Source of the DNA: an uncultured Bacteroidota bacterium
GTDB taxonomy: Bacteria > Bacteroidota > Ignavibacteria > UBA10030 > UBA6906
DNA: 64,000 nucleotides
Assembly: GCA_963700635.1 (NCBI GenBank)
Contig: CAVOYH010000005.1
Location: 1 to 64,000 of the forward strand
Direction of reading: 5' to 3'
Under the pieces are notes generated by a model. The model made no database searches, was not told the DNA's origin, and was given only the letters and a program-made list of their open reading frames with translations. Position numbers and translations under genes: made by a program. Shown here piece by piece: positions 10,210 through 19,765 of this stretch. Positions within the stretch are counted from its first letter, which is position 1. Every line of letters begins with the position of its first letter.

Positions 10210-10788
10210 ATGGCATACTTCAAGCATGAATCGGCCTACGTTGATGAGCCCTGTGAGATCGGTGAGGGGACGAAGATCTGGCACTTCTCCCATGTGCAAT
10301 CAGGCGCGAAAATCGGACAGAAGTGCATCCTGGGCCAGAACGTGAACATCGGGAACAATGTCACAATCGGCAACTTCGTCAAGATCCAGAACAATGTGTC
10401 AGTGTACGAAGGGGTGATCCTTGAGGATTATGTCTTCTGCGGCCCGTCGATGGTGTTTACGAACATCGTGGACCCCCGGTCAAAATACCCCCAGGTGGGG
10501 AAGGAATTCTACAAGCCGACCCTGGTGAAGGAGGGGGCGTCGCTGGGCGCAAATTCCACGATCGTGTGCGGGCATACGATCGGACGCTTCGCCTTCATCG
10601 GTGCGGGCGCAGTGGTGACGAAGGATATTCCGGATTTTGCTCTTGCTGTCGGCAACCCCGCCCGCATCGTTGGATGGATGAGTGAAGCCGGGCGCAAGCT
10701 GTCGTTCGATAAGGACGGCTTTGCGTTCTGTGAGAAGGCGCAGAAGCGGTACCGGCTGGATAATAACCGCGTTGTTGAGGTCCCATGA
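10210..10788 (+). CDS. wbpD: Hexapeptide-repeat N-acetyltransferase (WbpD-like)
   Basis: KIWHFSHV, LGQNV, KIQNNVSVY and FCGPSMVFTN motifs. Confidence 0.88.
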   Translation: MAYFKHESAYVDEPCEIGEGTKIWHFSHVQSGAKIGQKCILGQNVNIGNNVTIGNFVKIQNNVSVYEGVILEDYVFCGPSMVFTNIVDPRSKYPQVGKEFYKPTLVKEGASLGANSTIVCGHTIGRFAFIGAGAVVTKDIPDFALAVGNPARIVGWMSEAGRKLSFDKDGFAFCEKAQKRYRLDNNRVVEVP

Positions 10789-10809
10789 TCACGAAGGGCC
10801 GGTGAACAA

Positions 10810-12196
10810 GTGGACACGCCAACACCTGTCGGCATGAGTGAGGGGAATGCGGTCAAGCGCTGGCTGGTCGGCATCCTGACACGCGCTGCCGACTTTTTCC
10901 CTCCGCTACGGCGGGTGCTGGTTCCCGGAGGGTTCGCACGGAACGTGTTCCTGCTCGCGGGCGGCACGGTTGCCGGTCAGTTGCTGGCCGTCGCCACGGC
11001 ACCTCTGCTCACACGCCTCTATTCGCCTCACGACTTCGGACTGCAAGCCGCGTTCGGGTCGCTCCTGGGCGTGCTTGGTACGGTGAGTTGCCTTTCCTAC
11101 GAACAGGCGGTACCTCTCCCCGGAGATGACCGCGAAGCGGTGAATGTGGTTGCCCTGTGCCTCGGGGTGCTTGTGGCCCTGGCCCTGGTGATATGTGTGC
11201 CCGCATTGTTTTTCGCAGACACTATTGGATCGTGGTTCAAGTTGCCGGAACTTGGCTCCTACCTCTGGGCTCTGCCTCTTGCGCTCTTTGTTCTGTCTGC
11301 TTACAAGGTGTTGAGCTACTGGGCCATTCGCAAGGGACAGTTTGCGACCCTTGCTCGAACAAAAGTGAGCCAGGGGGTTGGCCAGGTGACGGTGCAGCTC
11401 GGCCTCGGGGCCGCACAGTGGGGGCCGATCGGATTGATCCTTGGCGATATCGTCGGCAGGGGCGTGGGAGGATTTGCACTGGCACGCATTCTCTCGAGGG
11501 ATGCAACGGCGCCCCTGCGAAGCGTGTCGTTGGCGAGGGTGAAGGAAGTGGCGGTCCGGTTCAGGAAGTTCCCGCTCTGGTCCACCGGCTCCGGCCTCCT
11601 GAGCAGCTCGGGTATGTTAGGACCATTATTCATTGCCCGGATCTATGGCACCGATGTTGCCGGCTGGGTTGCCCTTTGCACATTGGTGGTGGGCGGTCCA
11701 CTCAGCCTCCTTTCGAGCGCCACCGCGGATGTGTACTTCAACAGGTCCGCCGATATCGGCAAGCAGGATGTGCGGAAGCAGGCACACCTCCTCTGGCAAC
11801 TCATCGGCCGGATGGCTATGCTGAGTCTGCCGTTCGTGGTGTTGATGCTTGCTACAGGCCACTGGCTCTTTCCGGTGATCTTCGGTTCCCAATGGGCCCA
11901 CTCGGCTTCATACCTCTGTACCCCTGGCGCCCATGTTCCTCATCATGGCCATTGCCAGTCCGACGCATCCTGTCCTTACTGTTTTTGAAAAGCAGGAATT
12001 TCACCTGCTGCGTGAAGTGCTCCGGCCGCCCCTGGTGCTCGGCCCGCTCTTCCTTGCAGAGTACCTGTCGCTTGAGCCCCTCTGGGGTGTGGCATGCTAC
12101 AGCGCCGGCACTTCGCTGTTCTACCTGATAAGCATGATCTCCGTCTGGTGGGTTGTGCGGGGTGGGCGCCCGCAGATGTCTTCAACCGGCGATTGA
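10810..12196 (+). CDS. wzx: Wzx polysaccharide flippase, split by a +1 frameshift near 11921-11924
   Basis: PLLTRLYSPHDFG motif, multiple TM segments and RFRKFP; the C-terminus continues in ORF 11933-12196. Confidence 0.8.
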
Positions 12197-12248
12197 ACCC
12201 GGCCGGACTTCCGATCTGAAACATACAACGATCTCTGAGGGGTGTAGC

Positions 12249-13541
12249 GTGCAGGCGATCTTCTTGGCGGTGTTCCTCCTGGCGGGCGAGTTCAAAGCCG
12301 ACCCGCGACTGGCATGGCTGCCTTTTGATCTGACGGTTGCAACGGCTGTGGTCCTCTGCCTCTTCGTTGGCTATCATGTCCTCCGGCTCGATGTGCGATT
12401 CCAGAAGCAGCTGGCTCTGCTGATCCTCGGGCTGGCGTTGTTCGCGATCCCGCTCCTCTGGACGGTATGGACGGACTATGCGGTGGAAAAGTCGAGCCGC
12501 ATGTTCACGCTCACGCTCCTTGCCTGCGCAGCCCCGCTGCTGTTGGTCAGGGATCGCGCGGAGGCGAAAACGCTTTTGAAGGCGTTGACCGTGATCGCGT
12601 TGGTGATCGCCGGTGACGCCCTGTTCACACTCTGGCGGGAGATGGGCACCTTGAAGGAAGAGTCGCGATTGACCGGTGCTGCTTCCAATACCATCATCCT
12701 TGGCCGGCTGTGCGGCATAGGCCTCATCGGCATACTCATGTTCCGCGGGATGAAGCCCTGGGTGCGACTTCTCCTGAAAGGCGCAGCACTGCTGGTCCTG
12801 GTCCCGCTGATCTTTGCCTCCGGCTCCCGCGGGCCGCTCATTGCCATCATCGTGACGCTCGCCCTGTTCTTCCTGCTCTTCAACGCCCGGACGGTGAGGC
12901 AATGGTTGCTCATGATCCTGGCAGGAGGCGTTTTTGCCGCAGCACTCGTCGTGGGTTCGTACATCGCTCCGGAGGGTTCGCGGAGCCGGATGCAGGAGAC
13001 CTATCGCTCCGACCCAACGGAAGACACCCGGGAGAGCGCATCGGCCGCGGCGAGGTTACAAGGGGCAAAGATCTCGATCAAGAAGATCATTGTGACCCCC
13101 CTGGGCACAGGATGGGGTGGCTTCGCCGGCATGGCACAGGAGCTGGGCATTCTCTACCCCCATGATCTCATCCTGGAGGTGTTCCTGGAGGGAGGGTGGA
13201 TACCCGGCGCCCTCATGTGTGCCGCCTTCGTTATGATCTTCAGGAAGGCCGGGATCGTTGCGCGCAGATCGGGGGCACTGACGGATCGATGGGTCTTCCT
13301 GCTGGCCGTCTTTATGTTCGTGAATTCCCTGGCGAGCGGTGATTTTAATGATAATCGGTTGCTCTTTGCCATGCTCGCTGTCGCTTCTACGCTGGAGCAA
13401 ATGGACGGAGGCCTCGTGCGGAAGACAGCACCATCCACCCCGCGCTTTCTGCGTATGCCGAAGCTGTGGCAGGCGAGGGGCGTGACGCGGACAGGAGACG
13501 GATCTCCGGACGGCACCGCCCGGCACGGACACCAGCAATGA
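12249..13541 (+). CDS. O-antigen polymerase/ligase (Wzy/WaaL-like)
   Basis: About 10 TM helices; SGSRG and YPHDLILEVFLEGG motifs. Confidence 0.8.
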   Translation: MQAIFLAVFLLAGEFKADPRLAWLPFDLTVATAVVLCLFVGYHVLRLDVRFQKQLALLILGLALFAIPLLWTVWTDYAVEKSSRMFTLTLLACAAPLLLVRDRAEAKTLLKALTVIALVIAGDALFTLWREMGTLKEESRLTGAASNTIILGRLCGIGLIGILMFRGMKPWVRLLLKGAALLVLVPLIFASGSRGPLIAIIVTLALFFLLFNARTVRQWLLMILAGGVFAAALVVGSYIAPEGSRSRMQETYRSDPTEDTRESASAAARLQGAKISIKKIIVTPLGTGWGGFAGMAQELGILYPHDLILEVFLEGGWIPGALMCAAFVMIFRKAGIVARRSGALTDRWVFLLAVFMFVNSLASGDFNDNRLLFAMLAVASTLEQMDGGLVRKTAPSTPRFLRMPKLWQARGVTRTGDGSPDGTARHGHQQ

Positions 13542-14296
13542 TACTCTTCAGAAGAAAAGGCCTTCGTATTGCGGAATCCTACTATGAAACTGCAAACAAG
13601 GCAGGAGCAAAGGCGGACATTCACAGGGTTACATCCTCTGTCCGCCTGGAAGAGTTCAAACACAAGGAGCGCCTCGGCCATTGCCTTGTGATCGATCTGA
13701 CGCAGAGTGAAGAAGCGCTGTTCTCGGAGATGAATGAGACCACCCGGCAGATGGTGCGAAAAGGGATGAATGACGATTTTGCGTGCACGTGCGATATCGA
13801 GTGTACTCCATCGGTCATCAATGCGTTCTGTGACTGCTACGACGCTTTCGCAGCATCCAGGAATCTCCAGCCGGTTTTCCGCCGCCGGCTGTTCCTCCTG
13901 GCCGAACAGAAGCGGTTGGTGCTATCAAACGTTGCTTTCAGCGACGGGATGGTTCTGGCGTGGCATGCCTATCTCCGCTCTCCGGACCGGGCGGTCCTCC
14001 TCTACTCCGCGTCACACTTCCGGCAGATGAAGGATGACCCCAGGAGCAAGGCGATCATGCGCGCCAACCGGTTTCTCCACTGGAACGACATGCTCGCGTT
14101 CCGCCGCCTTGGCATCCCGCTGTACGATATGGGTGGCCTGGATACGAGCGCGAAGACCGAGGAGACACGTAAGATCGCACAGTTCAAGAGGGCCTTCGGC
14201 GGTACCGTTGCTTCCGTCTATTCGTATACGGTCCCGGTATCGTTCACCGGCACTGTTGCATGCAAGGTGCTTGCCATGATGGGAATGAACTATTGA
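13538..14296 (+). CDS. FemAB-like GNAT acyltransferase
   Basis: IDLTQSEEALF, ANRFLHW and YDMGG...FKRAFGG motifs; ATGA overlap with the upstream gene. Confidence 0.75.
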   Translation: MILFRRKGLRIAESYYETANKAGAKADIHRVTSSVRLEEFKHKERLGHCLVIDLTQSEEALFSEMNETTRQMVRKGMNDDFACTCDIECTPSVINAFCDCYDAFAASRNLQPVFRRRLFLLAEQKRLVLSNVAFSDGMVLAWHAYLRSPDRAVLLYSASHFRQMKDDPRSKAIMRANRFLHWNDMLAFRRLGIPLYDMGGLDTSAKTEETRKIAQFKRAFGGTVASVYSYTVPVSFTGTVACKVLAMMGMNY

Positions 14297-15048
14297 GTGC
14301 CGCCGGTCAGAAGGTGAGCGTCAATGCCGATGACTTCGGGCACTCGAGCGCGGTCAACAATGCTATCGTCGAGTGCATCACATCCGGCCTTGCAACCAAC
14401 ACCACGGCGATGGCCAATATGCCGGGCTTCCTGGAGGCGTGTGAACTGGCGCGCGACCACCGCTTCCAGGAGAGGGTGGGTGTCCACCTGAACCTGTCTG
14501 AGGGGGTTCCCCTTACGGACGGGATCAAGAAAAACCGGACGTTCTGCAACGCTGATGGATGCTTCTCATACCACAGGCAGGGGGTGCTGTTTTCGCCTGC
14601 CGACAGAGAATGTGTTGTGAAGGAGGTCGAAGCACAAATTGTCCGATGCCGGAAGAATGGTCTGGGCGCCACATTTGCCGACTCTCACAGGCATGTGCAC
14701 ACGAATCTCGCCCTCTTCAGACTTTTCGAGTCTGTCCTCAAGCCGCTTGGCGTCAGACGGGTTCGCATTTCAGCGAATATGCACCGCGTGGATCCGGTGC
14801 GCCGGGTCTACAAGTACGGATTCAAGAGGTATCTGTTGTGGAAAGGATACGAGACCACCGATCACTTCGGGGACATCTCCGCGTTCCTTGCCATGACACA
14901 TGCGCAAGCCCGCGCGCCCGGGACGTATGAGATCATGATCCACCCCGGGTATTCGGTGCAGGGTGAACTTATCGATGCCATCAAGGGGTACAGCGCAAGG
15001 CCAATGTTGGAACGTTTGGTGCGGGAGTTCGCAGTCACTCCGTTTTAG
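14293..15048 (+). CDS. YdjC/ChbG-family carbohydrate deacetylase
   Basis: NADDFG, GVHLNL, DSHRHVH and EIMIHPG motifs. Confidence 0.88.
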   Translation: MSAAGQKVSVNADDFGHSSAVNNAIVECITSGLATNTTAMANMPGFLEACELARDHRFQERVGVHLNLSEGVPLTDGIKKNRTFCNADGCFSYHRQGVLFSPADRECVVKEVEAQIVRCRKNGLGATFADSHRHVHTNLALFRLFESVLKPLGVRRVRISANMHRVDPVRRVYKYGFKRYLLWKGYETTDHFGDISAFLAMTHAQARAPGTYEIMIHPGYSVQGELIDAIKGYSARPMLERLVREFAVTPF

Positions 15049-15071
15049 AGTAAGCTCACAGGCCGGGAAGT

Positions 15072-16268
15072 ATGGGATCCGAGAACACGCAGAGTGCATC
15101 GAGTGCCAGCGCGCATATGGATGGCGGACGACCGAAGATCGTGCACATTACTGCTGTCCATACGGCCGATGACATCCGGATCTTCCAGAAGGAATGCAGA
15201 TCACTGGCGCGACGCGGATATGAAGTGTCTCTGATCGCGCCCAACGCCCCGACGGGAAGTGTTGCCGGCGTTACGATGGTGGACCTGGGAAATTACCGGA
15301 ATCGCCTGGCGCGGATGTCGGTGGGTTGCTGGCGTGCTTTTATCGCCGCTCTCTCGCTCCGTGCAGATCTCTATCACCTCCATGACCCCGAACTGTTACC
15401 CTGGGGACAACTGCTGAGATTGCTCGGGAAGAATGTGGTCTTTGATATGCACGAAAACCTCTCCGGTGCCATTCTCGATAAAGGGTGGCTCCCCCGTTTG
15501 ATCCGGCGTCCGGTATCACTTGCAGGCACTCTGGTCGAACGGATGCTGCTCATCGGTATGCCGATCATCTTTGCAGAGGATTCATATGTGAAGCTCTATA
15601 CCCGGTCAAGAAAAAGTGCGGTGGTGTTGAACATGCCGCTGGTTGAGGAAATCCGGACCATCAATGTTCCGCGATGTACCAACCCAACGATCGGGTATTT
15701 TGGGGTGGTGGCCCCGCTGCGAGGGAGCATCGTCCTCATCGAAGCGTTGCGACTGCTCAAAGAACAGGGGATGTTTGTCGGACTGGAACTCATCGGGCCG
15801 ATCCAGGATGAACACAGGCGGGAGCTGGGTGACCTCGTTGAGAGATACGGCTTGCGGGCGGTGAACGTGAGAGGATATATGGAGGCACGCCGCGGATGGG
15901 AGATCATGGCCGGGTGCACGCTCGGTGCAGCTCTCCTGGCTCCCGTACCGAACTACATGGGATCCTATCCCACAAAAATATTCGAGTATATGTGCATGGG
16001 GATTCCAGTCCTGGCCTCCAACTTCCCCCTCTACAAGACCATCGTCGAAGATCTGAACTGTGGCTACTGTGTCGACTCACGGGTGCCAGCCGAGGTGGCG
16101 AAAGCGATCCGGCGAACGATCGAAGATCCCGTCCTCGCCGCGAATCTCGGGGAGAATGGCAGGACCGCGGTAGCTGAACGGTTCAACTGGTCAAACGAGT
16201 TCAAAAAGCTTGAGGGCTTGTATGTGGATGTCTTGAAGAATCGTAGTTGGAGTGTGCGCATGGCATAG
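15072..16268 (+). CDS. Glycosyltransferase family 4
   Basis: DDIRIF.KE, HLHDPELL and PTKIFEYM motifs. Confidence 0.9.
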   Translation: MGSENTQSASSASAHMDGGRPKIVHITAVHTADDIRIFQKECRSLARRGYEVSLIAPNAPTGSVAGVTMVDLGNYRNRLARMSVGCWRAFIAALSLRADLYHLHDPELLPWGQLLRLLGKNVVFDMHENLSGAILDKGWLPRLIRRPVSLAGTLVERMLLIGMPIIFAEDSYVKLYTRSRKSAVVLNMPLVEEIRTINVPRCTNPTIGYFGVVAPLRGSIVLIEALRLLKEQGMFVGLELIGPIQDEHRRELGDLVERYGLRAVNVRGYMEARRGWEIMAGCTLGAALLAPVPNYMGSYPTKIFEYMCMGIPVLASNFPLYKTIVEDLNCGYCVDSRVPAEVAKAIRRTIEDPVLAANLGENGRTAVAERFNWSNEFKKLEGLYVDVLKNRSWSVRMA

Positions 16269-16298
16269 GAAATCAGACTGAATAGAACACCCGTACGG

Positions 16299-16313
16299 TG
16301 GCACACCTCTTGA
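16299..16313 (+). promoter_or_regulatory. Possible sigma54 -24/-12 promoter
   Basis: TGGCAC-N5-TTGA, one mismatch at -12, upstream of the 16389 gene. Confidence 0.35.
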
Positions 16314-16388
16314 CGAAATGATAAGTGTGCAGGACAGTTGCTCCGCAATATCCTGTGAAACTTGTCATGGAGACACGAGGGGTTTGGG

Positions 16389-17851
16389 ATGGGGTTTTTC
16401 AGAGCCGATCGGACGCCGCGTGTTTCCCTGCGGGCATTGCTGCTGGCTGTTTGTGTACTGGTTTCTCTCGCTCACCAGGACGCAGCCGGTGGATCCTACG
16501 GCCCGGGCCTGAGCGCAGATGCACTCTCCAACACAAGGATCGGGGGGCCCTGGCAGAGCACAACCTCCTATGGGTTTCGCTCGGTGCACTCAGGTGCACT
16601 CGCTTCGCTGCGGTTGTATGTGATCTGGTCCGGCAGCAGCTCCGGGTATAACGGTGGAACAGGCGGGTCGCTTCTTGTGAGTATCCAAACCGATGATGGC
16701 ACATCACAGCATCATCCCTCCGGTCAGACCATGGCGTCATATCTTCATGCCGATCCGATGAGCAAGGGAAACTTCCCGGTGCTGGCCTTTTCCTCCCCCG
16801 CCCAATTGGTGGCGGGGGTGATCTACCATGTGGTGATCACCAACCCGGACCCCGACCCGGTGACGAATTACGTTTCGGTAAACAGCCTGTGGATGCGCAA
16901 GGGTGAGAAACCACGGCAGCCCCTGTTCGCGGATGGTGATTGGTTCCAACTGCTCGGATATAGCACAAAGCCGAATTGGTGGGCCCCCGTTGAGAATGGC
17001 GGCACGGACAGCTATACCCCGATCGTCGAGCTGCAGTATGCGGACGGGTTCAGCACGGGCGTGGGGTACATGGAGGTCTGGACGGAGAGTACGAAGGCCA
17101 TCTCGGGCAGCTCCGAGGTACGTGAGACGTTCACAGTGAGCGGCACGGACCGGTTGGTATCGGGCGTGACCATACGTCTGAGACGGGTAGCGGGTTCAGC
17201 CCCGCTCACCGTGCGTCTGGAGAATGCGAATGGAACGCTGGTCGAGAGCGCAAACATAGCGGGGATCGATACGAACTTTACATGGATCAGCTGCACCTTC
17301 CCGGCTGTGCGGATGCTTACCAGGGGAACCCGCTACAATCTCACGCTGCAGGCTCCCGCCGGGACTTCGTATGAAGCCTTCCCGATCCGGGAAGGGAGTT
17401 CTTCAAATGTCCAGTTCTCGTCGGCATCGTATTTTGCTGACGGTTATGCGCAGTTCACAACGAATGGCTCCTGGATGGGATGGGACCAATGGAGCGGAAT
17501 CGACCGGCGGGATGCCGACCTCCAATTCCTCTTCACGGAAGTAGTTGAAGTTCCCAAGTCCGCAGATGTGGGAACGATGGCAGGTCCGGCAGAACCTTTG
17601 AGCATCGTCAGTTATCCTAATCCGTTCAACCCGAGTACCACGATACAGTACCATCTCGACGTGGCGGCCGACATCTCGCTCGAGGTTGTCGACGTGCGCG
17701 GAGCAGTTGTCGCGCGACTCGTTGAAGGCGGCAGACAGCCGGTTCACACAACGTACTGTGGGATGCAACGCACCGGGCGGCCGGGAACTATTTCTGTGTC
17801 CTGCGTGCGGGATCGTCCCGTGTCGTCTCCGGCTTGAATCTCGTTCGATAA
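16389..17851 (+). CDS. Secreted protein of unknown function with T9SS C-terminal domain (paralog 1); frameshift near 17741
   Basis: Signal-like N-terminus; SYPNPFNPSTTI; the CTD end (GSHNVLWDA...GNYFCVL...LNLVR*) lies in the shifted frame. Confidence 0.75.
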
Positions 17852-17934
17852 AGGCGTATCTCTTCATTGAGCCCACGGGTTTCCCCGCGGCATATGCAGG
17901 GAGCCCGTCAGGATCGCATCACATTGTGTGTTCC

Positions 17935-19719
17935 ATGCGAACAACCATCCGATCCTCAACGATGCTTATGCCGCAGTTAGCCTGGCAATGGATTGTATTT
18001 CCGGTCTTCCTCTTTGCGTTCAACGGGAGTGAAGCCCGGCTGCCCGACCTCCCGGCCGGAATCGGGGAATATCTTGTTGCGTCTCCGCAGTTTCTGGGCT
18101 CCGGCCTCAATGCGGACGCCCTGTCCAACACAAGGATCGGGGGCCCGTACCAGACTACAACGTCATTTGGCTTTCGTTCGCCACACTCAGGCCTCCTCTC
18201 TTCGGTGCGGTTGTACGTCATCTGGTCCGCCACCTCGTCCGGATACAATGGCGGAACCGGTGGATCGCTTCTGGTGAGGATACAGCCTGATGATGGCACG
18301 GCCCGGCATCACCCGTCGGGCCAGACCCTGGCATCCTATCTTCACACTCAACCGATGAACAAGGGGAGCTTTCCGCTTCTCCTCTTTTCCGCTCCTGCGC
18401 ATTTGCGCAAGGGGATGATATACCACGTTGTGATCACCAATCCGGATCCCGATCCGGTCACGAACTACGTGTCTGTCAACAGTCTGTGGATGCGCACAGC
18501 CCTGAAGCCCTGCCAGCCGACACTGGCTGACAGCGACTGGTTTCAGTTGTTGGGTTCGAGATCGAATCCGGCATCATGGACGTCCATCAGCACCGGGCAA
18601 TCCGACAGCTACACGCCCATCCTGGAACTCAACTATGCGGAGGGATTCAGCGCGGGGGTCGGATACATGGAAGTGTGGGGGGAAAATCCGAAGGTGGTCT
18701 CCGGCACGAAGGCGGTCAGGCAACTGCTCACGATGAACCCAGCCGATCAGAATGTCACACGGGTTTCGGCGCGGCTGAGGCGGTTGTCGGGATCTGACTC
18801 CCTCATAGCACAGATACAGAATGCCGCCGGTGTGACCGTTGCGCGGGGTGCGGTTCCTGCATCAAAAGTGCCGACGGGCTATTCGTGGGTGAACTTCGAC
18901 CTGGGAAACCGGCAACTCCTTGCCAGCCAGAAGTACACTCTCGAATTTCGCTGTGCCGCAACCAGCTCGTATGATCTGTACCCTATCCGGAAGGGAGATG
19001 GTGCGGCAATCGGATTCAGGTCATCGCTCTTCTTTGAAGGGTATGCCCAGTTCACAACGGGCGGGGCCTGGAAAGGGTGGGACCAATGGGGCCAGCCTGA
19101 CCGTCGGGATGGCGATCTGCAATTCTATCTTACGTTCACCCCCGACCCTCCCGAGTCTCCTCAGCTCAAGTCGCCCCTCAATGGGGCTGTTGACATTCCG
19201 AGAACACCCGATCTTATCTGGTACGAATCACCCCTGGCAAGCTTGTACCACGTCCAGGTGGGGGATGATTCTCTGTTCGGTCCCGGCCTCTTTGTCAACG
19301 ACTCTACGGTGGTTGATACGACCATCCGTGTCACGGTCCTTGGTTCTCGCCGGCGGTACTTCTGGAGGGTCCGGGCCCTTAACACGGGAGGGAGCAGCAG
19401 TTTCGGGAGGCCCTTTACGTTCCTGACCTCAGGGAGTGTCGCCAATTCCTCCACTCCGCAAATTACGAACTTTCAAGTCTATCCCAATCCTCTGAGTGTC
19501 CGGACACACGTGACCTACGATCTTACAACATCGGGTTTCGTGCTCATCGAGATCGTGAACGTGCTGGGAGCCCGGGTGGCCACCCTGTACGCTGCGTATC
19601 AGGAAGAAGGTCCTCACCTGGTCGAGTGGAATGCCTCTTCATATCCGGTGGGCCCATACTTCTGTACGATACGATCCGGAAGCTCATTTGGCGTACGGGA
19701 AATGATCGTGGTGAGATAA
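17935..19719 (+). CDS. Secreted protein: same unknown domain plus FN3-like and T9SS C-terminal domains (paralog 2)
   Basis: Shares ADALSNTRIGGP...DRRD.DLQF with paralog 1; YHVQV...YFWRVRA.N FN3 motif; VYPNP CTD. Confidence 0.8.
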   Translation: MRTTIRSSTMLMPQLAWQWIVFPVFLFAFNGSEARLPDLPAGIGEYLVASPQFLGSGLNADALSNTRIGGPYQTTTSFGFRSPHSGLLSSVRLYVIWSATSSGYNGGTGGSLLVRIQPDDGTARHHPSGQTLASYLHTQPMNKGSFPLLLFSAPAHLRKGMIYHVVITNPDPDPVTNYVSVNSLWMRTALKPCQPTLADSDWFQLLGSRSNPASWTSISTGQSDSYTPILELNYAEGFSAGVGYMEVWGENPKVVSGTKAVRQLLTMNPADQNVTRVSARLRRLSGSDSLIAQIQNAAGVTVARGAVPASKVPTGYSWVNFDLGNRQLLASQKYTLEFRCAATSSYDLYPIRKGDGAAIGFRSSLFFEGYAQFTTGGAWKGWDQWGQPDRRDGDLQFYLTFTPDPPESPQLKSPLNGAVDIPRTPDLIWYESPLASLYHVQVGDDSLFGPGLFVNDSTVVDTTIRVTVLGSRRRYFWRVRALNTGGSSSFGRPFTFLTSGSVANSSTPQITNFQVYPNPLSVRTHVTYDLTTSGFVLIEIVNVLGARVATLYAAYQEEGPHLVEWNASSYPVGPYFCTIRSGSSFGVREMIVVR

Positions 19720-19765
19720 ACCGGGGCCTGATCCATAGACACCTTCGGAGACGGGATACACAGAC

